Shown here: one piece after another, positions 37,801 through 49,403 of the stretch | Position numbering within the stretch: position 1 is the first letter of the stretch | Layout of the letters: each line of letters opens with the position of its first letter | The notes under the pieces: model-generated | Seen by the model: the letters and a program-made list of their open reading frames with translations, nothing else | Databases searched by the model: none | Told to the model about the DNA's origin: nothing | Assembly (NCBI GenBank): GCA_038087875.1 | Contig: CM075994.1 | Span: forward strand, 10,728,001-10,792,000 | Direction of reading: 5' to 3' | DNA from: Malacoraja senta | Lineage: Eukaryota | DNA: 64,000 nt | Program-made: the position numbers and the translations under genes

Positions 37801-40800
37801 TATAAAACACCAAGTGCAGGAACACAGCGTAGCAGGCAGCATTTCACGAGGATGTGGATTGGTGACGCTTCGGTTCGGCCCCCTCCTGTACATCGTTGAG
37901 ACCAAGCGTAGACTAAGCGAACCAGATCCGTGGAACATCCCGGTTGCACAACATTCCAACTCCACTTCTCATTTCCATATTGTCCTACGCAAAATGGAGG
38001 ATCAGCACCTCATATTCCGTTCGGGTAGTTTACAACACAGCAGAATGAACATTGAAATCTCCAATTTTAGGTAACTCCATCTGTCTCCCCTTTACCCTAT
38101 TTCTTCCATGTGCCCAGCCTAATGAGCTTCCACTTTTCGCACCAACCCACTCTCTTTCCCACCCCTCCCCAGAACCCTTACTCCTCCAATCCTCCATCTG
38201 GCTTAACATATCTCTCCTCTTTTCTTACCTGACCTCCTTTTCTATACTTTTCATTTCTAGCCGATGTCCACCCAACTGCCAGGCGAACCTCCCTCGCCTG
38301 TATCCTTTGCTTGTCATGAGGCTTTGACAAACTCCATCGCTTTTCCAGCTCCCCACCCCTCACAACAACAATCTGAAGAAGGGTCCCGACCCGAAATGTC
38401 ACCCATCCAAATCCCCCACAGATGTTGCCTAACCCGCAGAGTTCCTCCAACACTTGTTTTTTTCCCTCAGTTTATTAGGAATGATGGTTCACATCACAAC
38501 AGAAACAATTCTGTAGAACTTTAGAAGCTGCTGAAAATTCCCATTTCCCCACTCTGACCCCTGCTGACATGGATTGAGTATATTACACGAATGGACAAAG
38601 AACCAAGGGAGCATGTGTAAGGAGTGTTAGTGAACAATCTGCCATTAATCTGAGGATCAAACTTACCGGAAAGACTGCACACTTCGTGTGCTTTTTGGGC
38701 TAATAAAAGGGAAATTAATGGAATTTAATATTATCTGGTTTAGAACATGTGTCAGGGGTGTGGGCAGAAAGCAGGAGAATATGATTAGGACAGGTAGATC
38801 AGCCACGATTGAATGGCGGAGTAGACTTGATGGGCGAATTCTGTTCCTATCACTTCTGATCGTATGAACTTATTATTGTCACGTGTACTGAGGTACGGTG
38901 AAAAGCGTTTGTTTACATGCTGTCCTGTCAAAGAAAATACTGTACATGAATAAAAATAAGCCGACCAGTGTAGAGATAAAGGGTACAACATTTAGTGCAA
39001 GATTATACATTGAAATATCAGGTAATGATAAGAAAGTGAATTGAAGATAAAAGATCAGGTGGTCTTTCAAAAGTTCCAATAGAGATTTAGTCAAGATAAT
39101 ATAGAACCCTCTACCACAGGAGTGGTAATTTCATGGGGAGGTGGATAAAGGTGGATAACCACGAGAGATGTGGCAACTGTGGGCACTGCTGGTGGATGTT
39201 GTGAGTAGGTGGGGAGAGGCTTGTGCGGATCAGGACAACTGACAGCAGTGGATGGGCGGAATGTCCATGATGTAGAGAGGGGAATTTGGGGCATTATTGT
39301 CGGATGTGGTGAGTAGATGGAACAGACGGAACATTGACCCAGTACTGAATTACTGGTAAATGCAGCATTTATTTCAGAAATTTAACCCGCCATTTTGTGA
39401 CTGTGCACTTTCACTTATCCATACTGTAGTGTAACCCCTCACCTTCAGAAACATCACGCCGTCCTTGTGGTCTATCTGTTCCTGTAACTTTGAGAGTTCC
39501 TCTTGAATAGAGTTTAAATTCTCTTGAATCTCTTGAAGATTTTTCTTCATTCTTTTTACAATCTTTTTCTCTTCCTCCCGGATATCTCCAAGTAAGCGCT
39601 GCTCTTTCTCAGTGAATATTTGGTGCAGTTCAGCAAACAGGGATGTCATCTGTGACTGAACGTTTTGTGACTCTTCCTGTCAGATGAAAGATCAAAATCA
39701 ATATATTATGTCAATCTGCTGTGTTTCCTCATGACATGGAAGGTGACATTTGGCTAGTGAATCACGAGTCCTGAAGTGCAGAAATAAGCCCTTCGGACCA
39801 CAATGTCCGTGCTGGACTCTGTACGTATCTACACTAATTCCATTTACCCATAAGTTATCCATAGCTTGGCAATTCAAGAGCGCGTCTTGATAATTCTGAA
39901 ATATCTGGTGAAAGTAATGTAACCGACCAAGACCTTATCTAATCGGTTTAATTGTGTAATTAACCGGATTTGATAAAGGGAACTTGAGGTTAAGAAGCCA
40001 TTAGGAGGAAGTGACCATAATATGGTAAATTTTAATCTGCAATTTGAGAGGGAATAATACAGAAGGTGCAGGATCAGTTTATTCCAAAGAGGAATAAAGA
40101 AACCAATGGGAATAAGGGGTGAGCATGGCTGACAAGGGAAGTCATGGACGGTATAAAAATAAAAGAGAAGTACAACGCAGCAAAGATAAGCGGGATGGAA
40201 GAGGATTCAGTAATGTTTAAGCAGCAACAGAAGATACCAAAAAGGCAACACGGGGAGAAAAATGAGGTCCGAATGTAAGCGAGCCAAGTATATAAAAGAG
40301 GGTAGTAAAAGCTTATTTTGGTATGTGAAGAGGAAAAAATTAGTTAAGACCACAGATGGACCCTTGAAGGCCGCAAAGGTGAATTTATTATGGGGAACAA
40401 GGAAATGGCAGAGGAGTTGAAAATGTACTTTGGATCCGTCTAAGGATGAAACAAATAAGCTTCCTGAAGTACTAGTGGCCACAGGATCTGGGGTGACGGA
40501 TGAACTGAAGTCCACCTTAGGCAAGAAATGGTGTCGGGTAGACTGATGGAACTGAAGGTTGATAAATCCCCAGGGCCTGATCGTCCGCATCCCACGGTAC
40601 TTAAGGAAGTGGCTCTAGAAATCGTGGACGCATTGGTGATAATTTTCCAATGTTTTACAGATTCAGGATCAATTCCTGTGGTTTGTAGGGTAACTAATGT
40701 TATCCCACTTTTAAGAACGGCGGGAGAGAGAAAACAGGGAATTATAGACCAGTTAGCCCTACATCGGTGGTGGGGAAGATGCTGGAGTCAATTATAAAAG

Positions 40801-43800
40801 ATGAAATAGTGGCACATTTGGATAGCAGTAACAGGATCGGTCCGAGTCAGCATGGACTTACGAAGGGGAAATCATGCTTGACTAATCTACTGGAATTTTT
40901 TGAGGATGTAACTAGGAAAATGGACAAGGGAGAGCCAGTGGATGTAGTGTACCTGGACTTTCAGAAAGCATTTGATAAGGTCCCACATCGATCAGTAGGC
41001 AAAATTAGGGTACATGGTATTGGGGGTAGAGTGCTGACATGGATAGAAAATTGGCTGGCAGACAGGGATTAACGGGTCCCTTTCAGAATGGCAGGCAGTG
41101 ACTAATGGGGTACCGCAAGGCTCAGTGCTGGGACGGTATCTATTTACAATATACATCAATGATTTAGACGAAGGGATTCAAAGTAACATTAGCAAATTTG
41201 CAGATGACACAAACCTGGGTGGCAGTGTGAACTGTGAGGAGGGTGCTATGAGAATGCAGGGTGACTTGGACAGGTTGAGTGAGTGGGCAGATGCATGGCA
41301 GGTGTAGTTTAATGTGGGTACATGTGAGATTATCTACTTTAGTAGCTAAAACAGGAAGGCAGATTATTATCTAAATGGTGTCAATTTGGGAAAAGGGTAG
41401 TAAAACAGGATCTGGGGTTCCTTGTTCAACAGTCAATGAAAGTAAGCATGCAGGTCCAGCAGGCAGTGAAGAAAGCGAAGTTGGCTTTCATAACAAGAGA
41501 GTTTCAGTATAGGAGCAAAGAGGTCCTTCTACAGTTGCACAGGGCCCTACTGAGACCACACCTGGAGTATTGTGCGCAGTTTTGGACCCTAATTGGAGGA
41601 ACGACTTTCTTCCTATTGAGGGAGTGCAGTGTAGGTTTACAAGGTTAATTCCCAGGATGACGGGACTGCCATATGCTGATAGAATGGAGTGGCTGGGCAT
41701 GTATACACTAGAAGTTAGAAGGATGAGACATATTGAAACATATAAGATGATTAAGGGTTTGGACACGCTATAGGCAGGAAATATGTTCCCGATGTCGGGG
41801 GAGTCCAGAACCAGGGTCCACAGTTTAATAATAATGGTTAAGCCATTTAGAACGGAGATGAGGAAACACTTTTTCACACAGATAGTTGTGAGTCTGCGGA
41901 ATTCTCTGCCTCAGAGGGTGGTGGAGGCTGGTTCTCTGGATACTTTCAAAAGGGAACTAGATAGGGTTCTTAATGATAGCAGAGTCAGGGGGTATGGGGA
42001 GAAGGCTGGAACGGGGTACTGATTGTGGATGATCAGCCATGATCGCATTGATGGTGGTGCTGGCTCGAAGGGCCGAATGGCCTACTCCTGCACCTATTGT
42101 CTCTTGTCTATTGTGTATTGTCTATTGTCCATTGCCCCATCTGCGCTATTTCCACCTGACCCACCTGGTTCTAAACCTTTCTCTCCACGAATTCGTTCAA
42201 ATATATTTTAAATATTGTTATGGTACCTGAATCAACAACCTCCCCTCACAGCTTGTTCCATATGCGCACTACCAAAGTTGCCCTAAACTGTTCCCTCACA
42301 CCTTAAACCTATGCCCTCGCATGCTCGATGCCCTACTTAGTGTAAAAGACTGAGTATTCACCCTGACATTTCGTTTCGTGATATTATACACCTGCAATTA
42401 TCCTCTTAAAATGAAGGCGAGCCGTGGCTCAATGATACCACCAGAGCCCTAAGAAGAGAATGCAGAAAATCAGAACGGTACAAATCTGATAAGCTTAAAA
42501 TTTCCTTTGAACTCCTGAAAAATAATCTTCACAAATACCAGGAAATAGTAAAATCTGCAAGAACTAAATACTTTTCCTCCCTTATCTCCAAAAACGCGCA
42601 AAATTCCAACGTCCTTTTTAGCACCATCACCTCCATAATTTGTCCTGCCACCAGCACCAGCTTAACTGTGTCCCCTGCTAAGTGCGAGGAATTTACCACA
42701 TTTTTCACCAGCAAGGTAAAGAACATAAGAACGAATATTTCCCCTCCCACCCGTGACCTGGCTGTCTCATTGGTCTGCTCTTCAAAATTAGACTGTTTCC
42801 AAACCGTTACTCTACCCTCCCTTCTAAAACTGATCACCACCATGAAACCTACTACCTGCCCCCTCGACACTGTCCCCTCTGCCCTCCTAAAGGATGTCAT
42901 TACAACAGCTGGTCCCAGCATCCTCGCCATCTTCAACAGCTCTCTGGCCACTGGCACTGTACCTACCTGCTTCAAGCATGAGGTGGTCCAACCACTCCTG
43001 AAAAAAACCTAACCTCGACCCCACCTTGCCAAGCAAATACAGACCCATTTCTAAACTGCCTTAACTCTCAAAAGCCCTTGAAAAGGTAATGTTAAGTCAA
43101 CTTATGCCTTACCTTCACCAAAACACTATTTTGGAAACTTTCCAATCAGGTTTTAGGGCTCACCATAGCACAGAGTCTGCCTTGTTGAAGGTACATAACG
43201 ACCTACTGCTCACCGTTGACTCCGGCGACTGTGCAATCCTGATCCTTCTTGACCTCAGCGCAGCATTTCATACTGTCGACCACACCATCCTAATTGACTG
43301 TCGCCGTTATGGAGTTGGTATTGATGGCATTGCCCTGAGCTGGTTCATCTCCTACCTCAAAGGTAGGAGTTTCTTGACTAACATAGGCAACTCTTTCTCC
43401 TCCCCAGCTAATCTCTGCTGTGGGGTTCCACAAGGTTCCATCCTTGGCCCCATTCTGTTCTCCCTGTATATGCTCCCCTTAGGCCAAGTCATTGAAAGGC
43501 ACGGCATTTCCTTCCATTGCTACGCAGACGATACACAAATCTATCTCCCCCTGAAGCCCAAAAACCAATCAAATCTGCTTAAACTTACCCGCTGCCTCGA
43601 GGATATAAAGTGTTGGATGGCCCAGAACTTCCTCCAACTAAACGAGAGTAAGTCTGAGGTCATCCTTCTCGGCCCCTCGGACTCAATCAAAATGATAGCA
43701 GGCAGCCTTGGAAGCCTTACCCCACTACTCAAACCTCACGTCAAAAACCTTGGCGTGATATTTCACTCGGCACTGAGATTTGACAAACAAGTCAATGCCG

Positions 43801-46800
43801 TGATAAAAGCTAGCTTCTTTCAGCTTCGGACGATAGCTAAAATCAAAAACAATTCCTCCAGTTTGATGACCTCGAAAAGATCATCCACACATTCATCCCC
43901 TCCCGCCTAGATTACTGCAACTCCCTTTACACTGGCATCAGCCAATCTTCCCTGTCCCGCCTGCAACTGGTTCAAAACGCCGCAACGAGACTCCTGACGG
44001 GCACCCGAATAAGGGACCACATCACCCCTATCCTGGCCTCTCTCCACTGGCTCCCTGTGCGGTTCCGTATGAACTTCAAGATCCTCCTCCATGTCTACAA
44101 AGCCCTCAATGGGCTTGCCCCCACCTACATAAAAAGTCTTCTCACCCACCACTCCACCTCCAGGCCCCTCAGATCGGCCGACTTGGGGTTGCTGAATATC
44201 CCACGGTCTAGGCATAAGCTCAGGGGCGACCGCGCCTTTGCGGTAGCAGCCCCTAGACTGTGGAACAGCATCCCCTTTCCCATCAGAACTGTCCCCTCCA
44301 TCGACTCTTTTAAGTCAAGACTAAAAACGTATCTATACTCCCAAGCTTTTCCTGACGTCCTCTGAGTGAGGGCTACATGTATATATGTATATAGTTTGTT
44401 TTGTTTATGCTATTCTTATAACAAATGTAAAGCAATTTGGCCAACGAGAGTTGTTTTTTAAATGTGCTATATAAATAAATGTGACTTGACTTGACTTGCA
44501 ATAGATCATTCTTCAGACACCTGCACTCCAGGGAGTAAAGTCCAGTCACTGTACACCTCCATCCCCCACCAGGATGGTCTCAAAGCCCTCCGTTTTTTCC
44601 TCGACCGTAGAAGCAATCTATACCCGGCCACTGACACCCTCCTCCGCCTAGCGGAGCTGGTACTTACACTTAATAACTTTTCATTTGACTCCTCCCATTT
44701 CCTCCAAATACAAGGCGTAGCTATGGGCACACGCATGGGCCCCAGCTACGCGTGCCTCTTTGTCGGGTACGTAGAACAATCCTTGTTCAATGCGTACCAG
44801 GGCCCCATCCCCGACCTCTACCTCCGCTACATCGATGATTGTTTTGGTGCCACATCCTGCACCCACACACAACTGACTGACTTCATCCGCTTCACCACCA
44901 ACTTCCATCCGGCACTCAAATACACCTGGACCATTTCCGACACTTCCCTACCATTCCTTGACCTCACTATCTCCATCGCAGGTGATAGACTCCTTACCGA
45001 CATCCACTACAAACCTACTGACTCCCATGGCTATCTGGACTACACTTCTTCCCACCCTGCTTCCTGTAAGGACTCCATCCCCCACTCCCAATTCCTCCGT
45101 CTACGCCGCATCTGCTCCCAAGATGAGGCGTTCCACACCAGGGCATCTGAAATGTCCTCATTCTTCAGGGAACGGGGGTTCCCCTCCTCCACCATAGATG
45201 AGGCTCGCACCAGGGTCTCTGCCATACCCCGCAACACTGCTCTCTCTCCCCATCCCCCCACTCACAACAAAGGCAGAGTCCCCCTAGTCCTCACCTTTCA
45301 CCCCACCAGCCGTCACATACAACAAGTGATCCTCCGTCAGTTTCGCCACCTCCAACGTGACCCCACCACTCGCCACATCTTCCCATCTCCCCCTATGTCT
45401 GCCTTCTGCAAAGACCGCTCCCTCCGTAACTCCCTTGTCAATTCTTCCCTTCCCTCCCATACCACCCCCTCCCCTGGTACTTTCCCTTGCAACCGCAAGA
45501 GATGCAACACTTGTCCCTTCACTTCCCCCCTCCACTCCATTCAAGGACCCAAGCAGTCGTTCCAGGTGCGACAGAGGTTCACCTGCATCTCCTCCAACCT
45601 CATCTATTGCATTCGCTGCTCTAGATGCCAGCTGATCTACATCGGTGAGACCAAGCGGAGGCTTGGCGATCGTTTCGCCGAACACCTCCGGTCAGTCCGC
45701 AATAACCAACCTGAACTCCCGGTGGCTCAGCACTTCAACTCCCCCTCCCATTCCGTATCTGACCTCTCTGTCCTGGGTCTCCTCCATGGCCACAGCGAGC
45801 AACACCGTAAATTGGAGGTAATGCACCTCATATTCCGCTTGGGCAGTCTACATCCTGGTGGCCTGAACGTTGAATTCTCCCAATTCTGCTAGCCCTGGCT
45901 GTCCCCTCCCCTTCATCAGCCATCTGGTCGTCTCCTCCCCTCCCCCAGCCCTCGGGCTCCTCCTCCGCCTTTTCCTTTTTTCCTTTCTTCTCCCCACCCC
46001 CTATCAGTCTGAAGAAGGGTTTCGGCCCGAAACGTAACCTATTTCCTTCGCTCCATAGATGCTGCTGCACCCGCTGAGTTTCTCCAGCATTTTTGTGTAC
46101 CTTCGATTTTCCAGCATCTGCAGTTCCTTCTTTTACACAAAGTCCTTGGCTGCCCAACCGCTCCGAAGATCTCGGGTCCTCGACTACTGAGCTCTATAGA
46201 GGTGTCCATTATTACACGCATCACAGGGATCAAATCTACTCAAAATAATTCAATCGATAGTACAAAGCCTCACCTGAACTCCAGAAATGCTCTCTTTCTG
46301 TTCCTGCTCCATTTGCTCGATCTCTGATTTCCTTTCTGTGAGCGATTCGAAAGAAGATTTCGCCTGTTCCTGGGGTTGGATTTCAGATCAGAGAATAAAA
46401 ATGTTAGACAAAAAAGAAAATATTAAACAATGAAATGTTGAAAATTGATTTGGTTTTACCTTGTAGAATACAATTGCTTCATCTACCGGCATTAAGCTGT
46501 GAGTCTTGTGTTCCCGCCCAGCTGCACAAATCACACAGATCAGTTTCCTGTCCGTTTCACAAAACAGCTTCAGTTCTTCCTGATGTTTCTCGCAGTGATG
46601 TTTACTTTTCTTCTCTTTGAGATTCAGGCTCAGTGCTCGCGCTTTCTCAGCCAGTCTAACCAAGGCCCGATTCACCCTGAAGGTGCGGTCTACAAACTCC
46701 TCTCTACATTCAGGGCAGGAGTTTCTCCCCTCCCTGTCCCAACTCTGTGTGATGCAGGAGCGGCAGAAGTTGTGTCCGCACTCCAGTGTCACCGGATCGG

Positions 46801-46870
46801 TGAAGAAATCCAAGCACGTGGGACAAACTGCCTCCTCGGTTAAACTCTCCACCTGGTCTTTCGAAGCCAT
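34878..46870 (-). CDS. TRIM gene D, apparently intact (~476 aa). Exons 46460-46870, 46274-46369, 39443-39676, 37715-37737, 37486(or 37504)-37622, 34878-35407
   Basis: RING/B-box exon, 96 and 234 bp coiled-coil exons, 23 bp mini-exon, exon 5 and PRY/SPRY exon join in frame. Intron 2 is expanded by three retroelements. Confidence 0.88.
36345..37262 (-). mobile_element. Degenerate Penelope element in intron 5 of gene D, interrupted by a CR1 3'-end fragment (~36880-36985)
   Basis: Reverse strand encodes RRLGDRFAEHLRS..VAKHFNS..LEEQQLIF; terminal repeat at ~36345-36430; embedded aggccattcggcccttcgag CR1 tail. Confidence 0.75.
37820..38460. mobile_element. Penelope-derived remnants (GIY-YIG fragment and terminal repeats) in intron 3 of gene D
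   Basis: tacatcgttgagaccaagcg, cagcacctcatattccg and ctgaagaagggtcccgacccgaaa motifs. Confidence 0.65.
39934..42133 (+). mobile_element. 5'-truncated CR1 LINE in intron 2 of gene D
   Basis: RT fragments ([25 protein letters not shown]) and a (ctattgt)n tail. Flanks ccgaccaagac|gccccatctg are contiguous in gene C. Confidence 0.92.
42399..44496 (+). mobile_element. 5'-truncated L2-clade LINE in intron 2 of gene D
   Basis: QSGFRAHHSTESAL, LDLSAAF, GVPQGSILGP, YADDTQIY, GDRAFAVAAPRLWNS; (tgact)n tail; TSD tgcaat at 42393-42398 and 44497-44502. Confidence 0.92.
44544..46138 (+). mobile_element. Penelope-like element (RT C-terminal half, Cys linker, GIY-YIG endonuclease; Neptune-like) with a 3' hammerhead-bearing terminal repeat
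   Basis: Open ORF 44723-45892 with AMG, RYIDD, CNRKRCNTC and NLIYCIRCSRC..YIGET..RFAEH; TSD aaagtcc at 44537-44543 and 46139-46145. Confidence 0.92.
46009..46036 (+). ncRNA. Putative minimal type I hammerhead ribozyme motif in the Penelope terminal repeat
   Basis: CUGAAGA-A-GGGU(UUCG)GCCC-GAAA-C-GUA: conserved core, stem II and a palindromic ACGU stem III. Confidence 0.6.
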
Positions 46871-46950
46871 TTTAAATCCGCCAGAAACCCTTCCTAGTTC
46901 AAAATGTTTTCACTGGCGTGGAGCTGCTGAATATGGAAGGTCACGTGACC

Positions 46951-47018
46951 GTCACGGTGTAGAGTTGCTGCCTTACAGCGAATGCAGCGCCCCATAGACA
47001 CGGGTTCGATCCTGACTT
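46951..47018 (+). mobile_element. SINE head remnant upstream of gene D
   Basis: gtcacggtgtagagttgctgcc..gggttcgatcctgac; the body is deleted. Confidence 0.65.
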
Positions 47019-49344
47019 CTCGGTTCACAGCCCGGGATCAGGATGGACGGAGACCTCCCTCCGCCCTTATTTTAATCCACAACAGTGCACCTGTCTCTCA
47101 TGCAGCAGTCTTCGAGGCAATCTATGCGTGTGTTATTTAATGGGTATTATATGACCCTCTAAAATTCATTGCCGTTTGCAAAGGTTTACTTAGTCTATCT
47201 GAAGAAGGGTCTCGACCCGAAACGTGGCCCAGTCATTCTATCCATGGTTGCTGCCTCACCCAATGAGTATCTCCAGCAGTTTTGTCGACCAGATTCGTTG
47301 TCTGCCGTTCAGGTTAGTTTAGTTTAACTTCGAGATACATTGCGAAAACGGGACCTTCGGCCCACGGAGTCCGCACCAACGAGCGACATATCTACATATT
47401 ACAATCGCCCCACACTCTTAAATCTCTATTCCCACCTCAACATTTCTCACTTTAATTATGATCGGACTTTGCTGGCTTAACCTTGCACTAAACGTTATTC
47501 CATCATCGAGTGTCTGTACGTGGCTCGATTGTAATCATGTATTGTCTTTCTGCTGACTGGATTTCACTGTACCTCGATACACGTGAGAATAAACTAAACT
47601 GGGAAGCCTTATTCCCCTTCGATAGGCACTAAATGCTGGAGTAACGCAGCGGGACAGGTTGCATCTCTGGAGAGGAGGAATGGGTGACGTTTCAGGTCGA
47701 GACCATACTTCAGACAGTCTCGACCCGAAATGTCATCAATTCCTCTCCAGAGATGCTGCCTGTCCCGCTGAGTTATTCCAGCATGTTGTGTCTATGTTCC
47801 GTTTAAACCAGCATCTGCAATTCTTCCTACACTCCGAGGCATATTGCACTTGTTGCTTCTCTCTCTCTCTCTCTCAATTCTGTGCCCATTTGATCCTCGC
47901 ACAGATGGGAAAGACCCCCTCGCCCCCACCTCCCCCCCCCCCATTCCCCCTCTCCACATCGGACCCGAGCTTGTACCCCTGTGAAAGCTTTCAAATTCCC
48001 TTCTCCACAGAGAACCTGCACCCGCTTCTCCGTCCTCACCCTCGGCCCGAATCTCCTCATCCTTGAAACCATTCCAGTGAATATCTCCTGCGCCCTCCCG
48101 ATGATCATCGCTTCATTCATTAAGTTTGGTGACCAGAAATAGGCTTGATGCACCAGTTGGGTCCAAACCTGTGTTTATACAGATTTAACATAACCACCGG
48201 ATAATGTAGGAAGGAATTGCAGATACTGGATTAAATCGAAGACAGTTACAAATTGCTGGAGTATCTCAGCAGGACAGGTAGCGTCTCAGGAGAGAAGGAA
48301 AGTGTGACGTTTCCGGTCGAGACCCTTCTTCGAATCTTTCACTCATTTTTTTCTACATCTCATTATATCACCGTCTATATCTCTCGCTTCCCTTTCCCCT
48401 GACTCTCAGTCTGAAGAAATGGTCTCGACCCGAAACGTCACCCACTCCTTCTGTCCGGAGATGCTGCCTGTCCCGCTGAGTTACTCCAGCTTTTTGTGAC
48501 TGTGTCCTGATGTTATACTCTGGGCCTTCATTGATGAGGTTCTGGGTTCCCGTTGCCATTACTGGCTGCACTTCAATGTGATTTACGCAGGTGAAGCACT
48601 CTGTGGTCTCCGAAAAGAGATGCGAGGACATTGTATAAATGTTAGCGGGTTGTGACGCTGCAATGCTGAGAACTATATGCTGCACATTGTAACTGTCCCT
48701 TTTCCGTATCGATTGTACTGGAGTTTGACTCGATTGTAATCAGTGGCAGATGGTTTGCCGCAGGGCTCGGTGCTGGCTCAACTGTTGACCGTTTAAAAAA
48801 AAAACGTAAACGATTTGGATGTGTATGTGGGTGACATGGTTACTTACATAGATACATAGAAAATAGGCGCAGGATTATGCCATTCGCCCCTTGGAGCCGG
48901 CACCGCCGTTCAATGTGATCATGGCTGATCAACCACAATCAGTTCCCCGTTCCTGCCTTCGCCACATATCCCTTGATTCCTCTTGCCTGAAGGGCTCTAT
49001 CCAGTGAATCGGCCTCCATTGCCTTCTGAGGCAGATAATTCCACAATTTCCCCCAACTCTCAGGGTGAAAAAGTTTGTCGTCATCTCAGTTCTAAAGGAT
49101 AGTCAGTTTGAGATGAGACTAACATTGGTTAAAACAATTGTCCCTTGTGTGTTGGATGGTGTTAGTGAACGTGTTATCGAGAATCGTCCGACAGGGCCAA
49201 TATTCACAGGAATTTACAAGGATGAGAGGAGATCTTATGGAAACATAAGGATGGATTGGACAGGCTGGATGCAGGAAAAATGTTCCCGATGTTGGGGGAA
49301 TCCAGAACCAGGGGTCACAGTTTAAGAATAAGGGATAGGTCACA

Positions 49345-49403
49345 TAATAATAATAATAATAATAGATTTTATTTATATAGCGCTTTTCAGGACTCAAAGT
49401 CGC
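49345..49403 (-). mobile_element. Extremely 5'-truncated L2-type 3' end with a (tat)n tail
   Basis: Reverse strand reads agcgactttgagtcctgaaaagcgctatataaataaaatctattattatt; absent from paralogous CR1 fragments. Confidence 0.65.
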
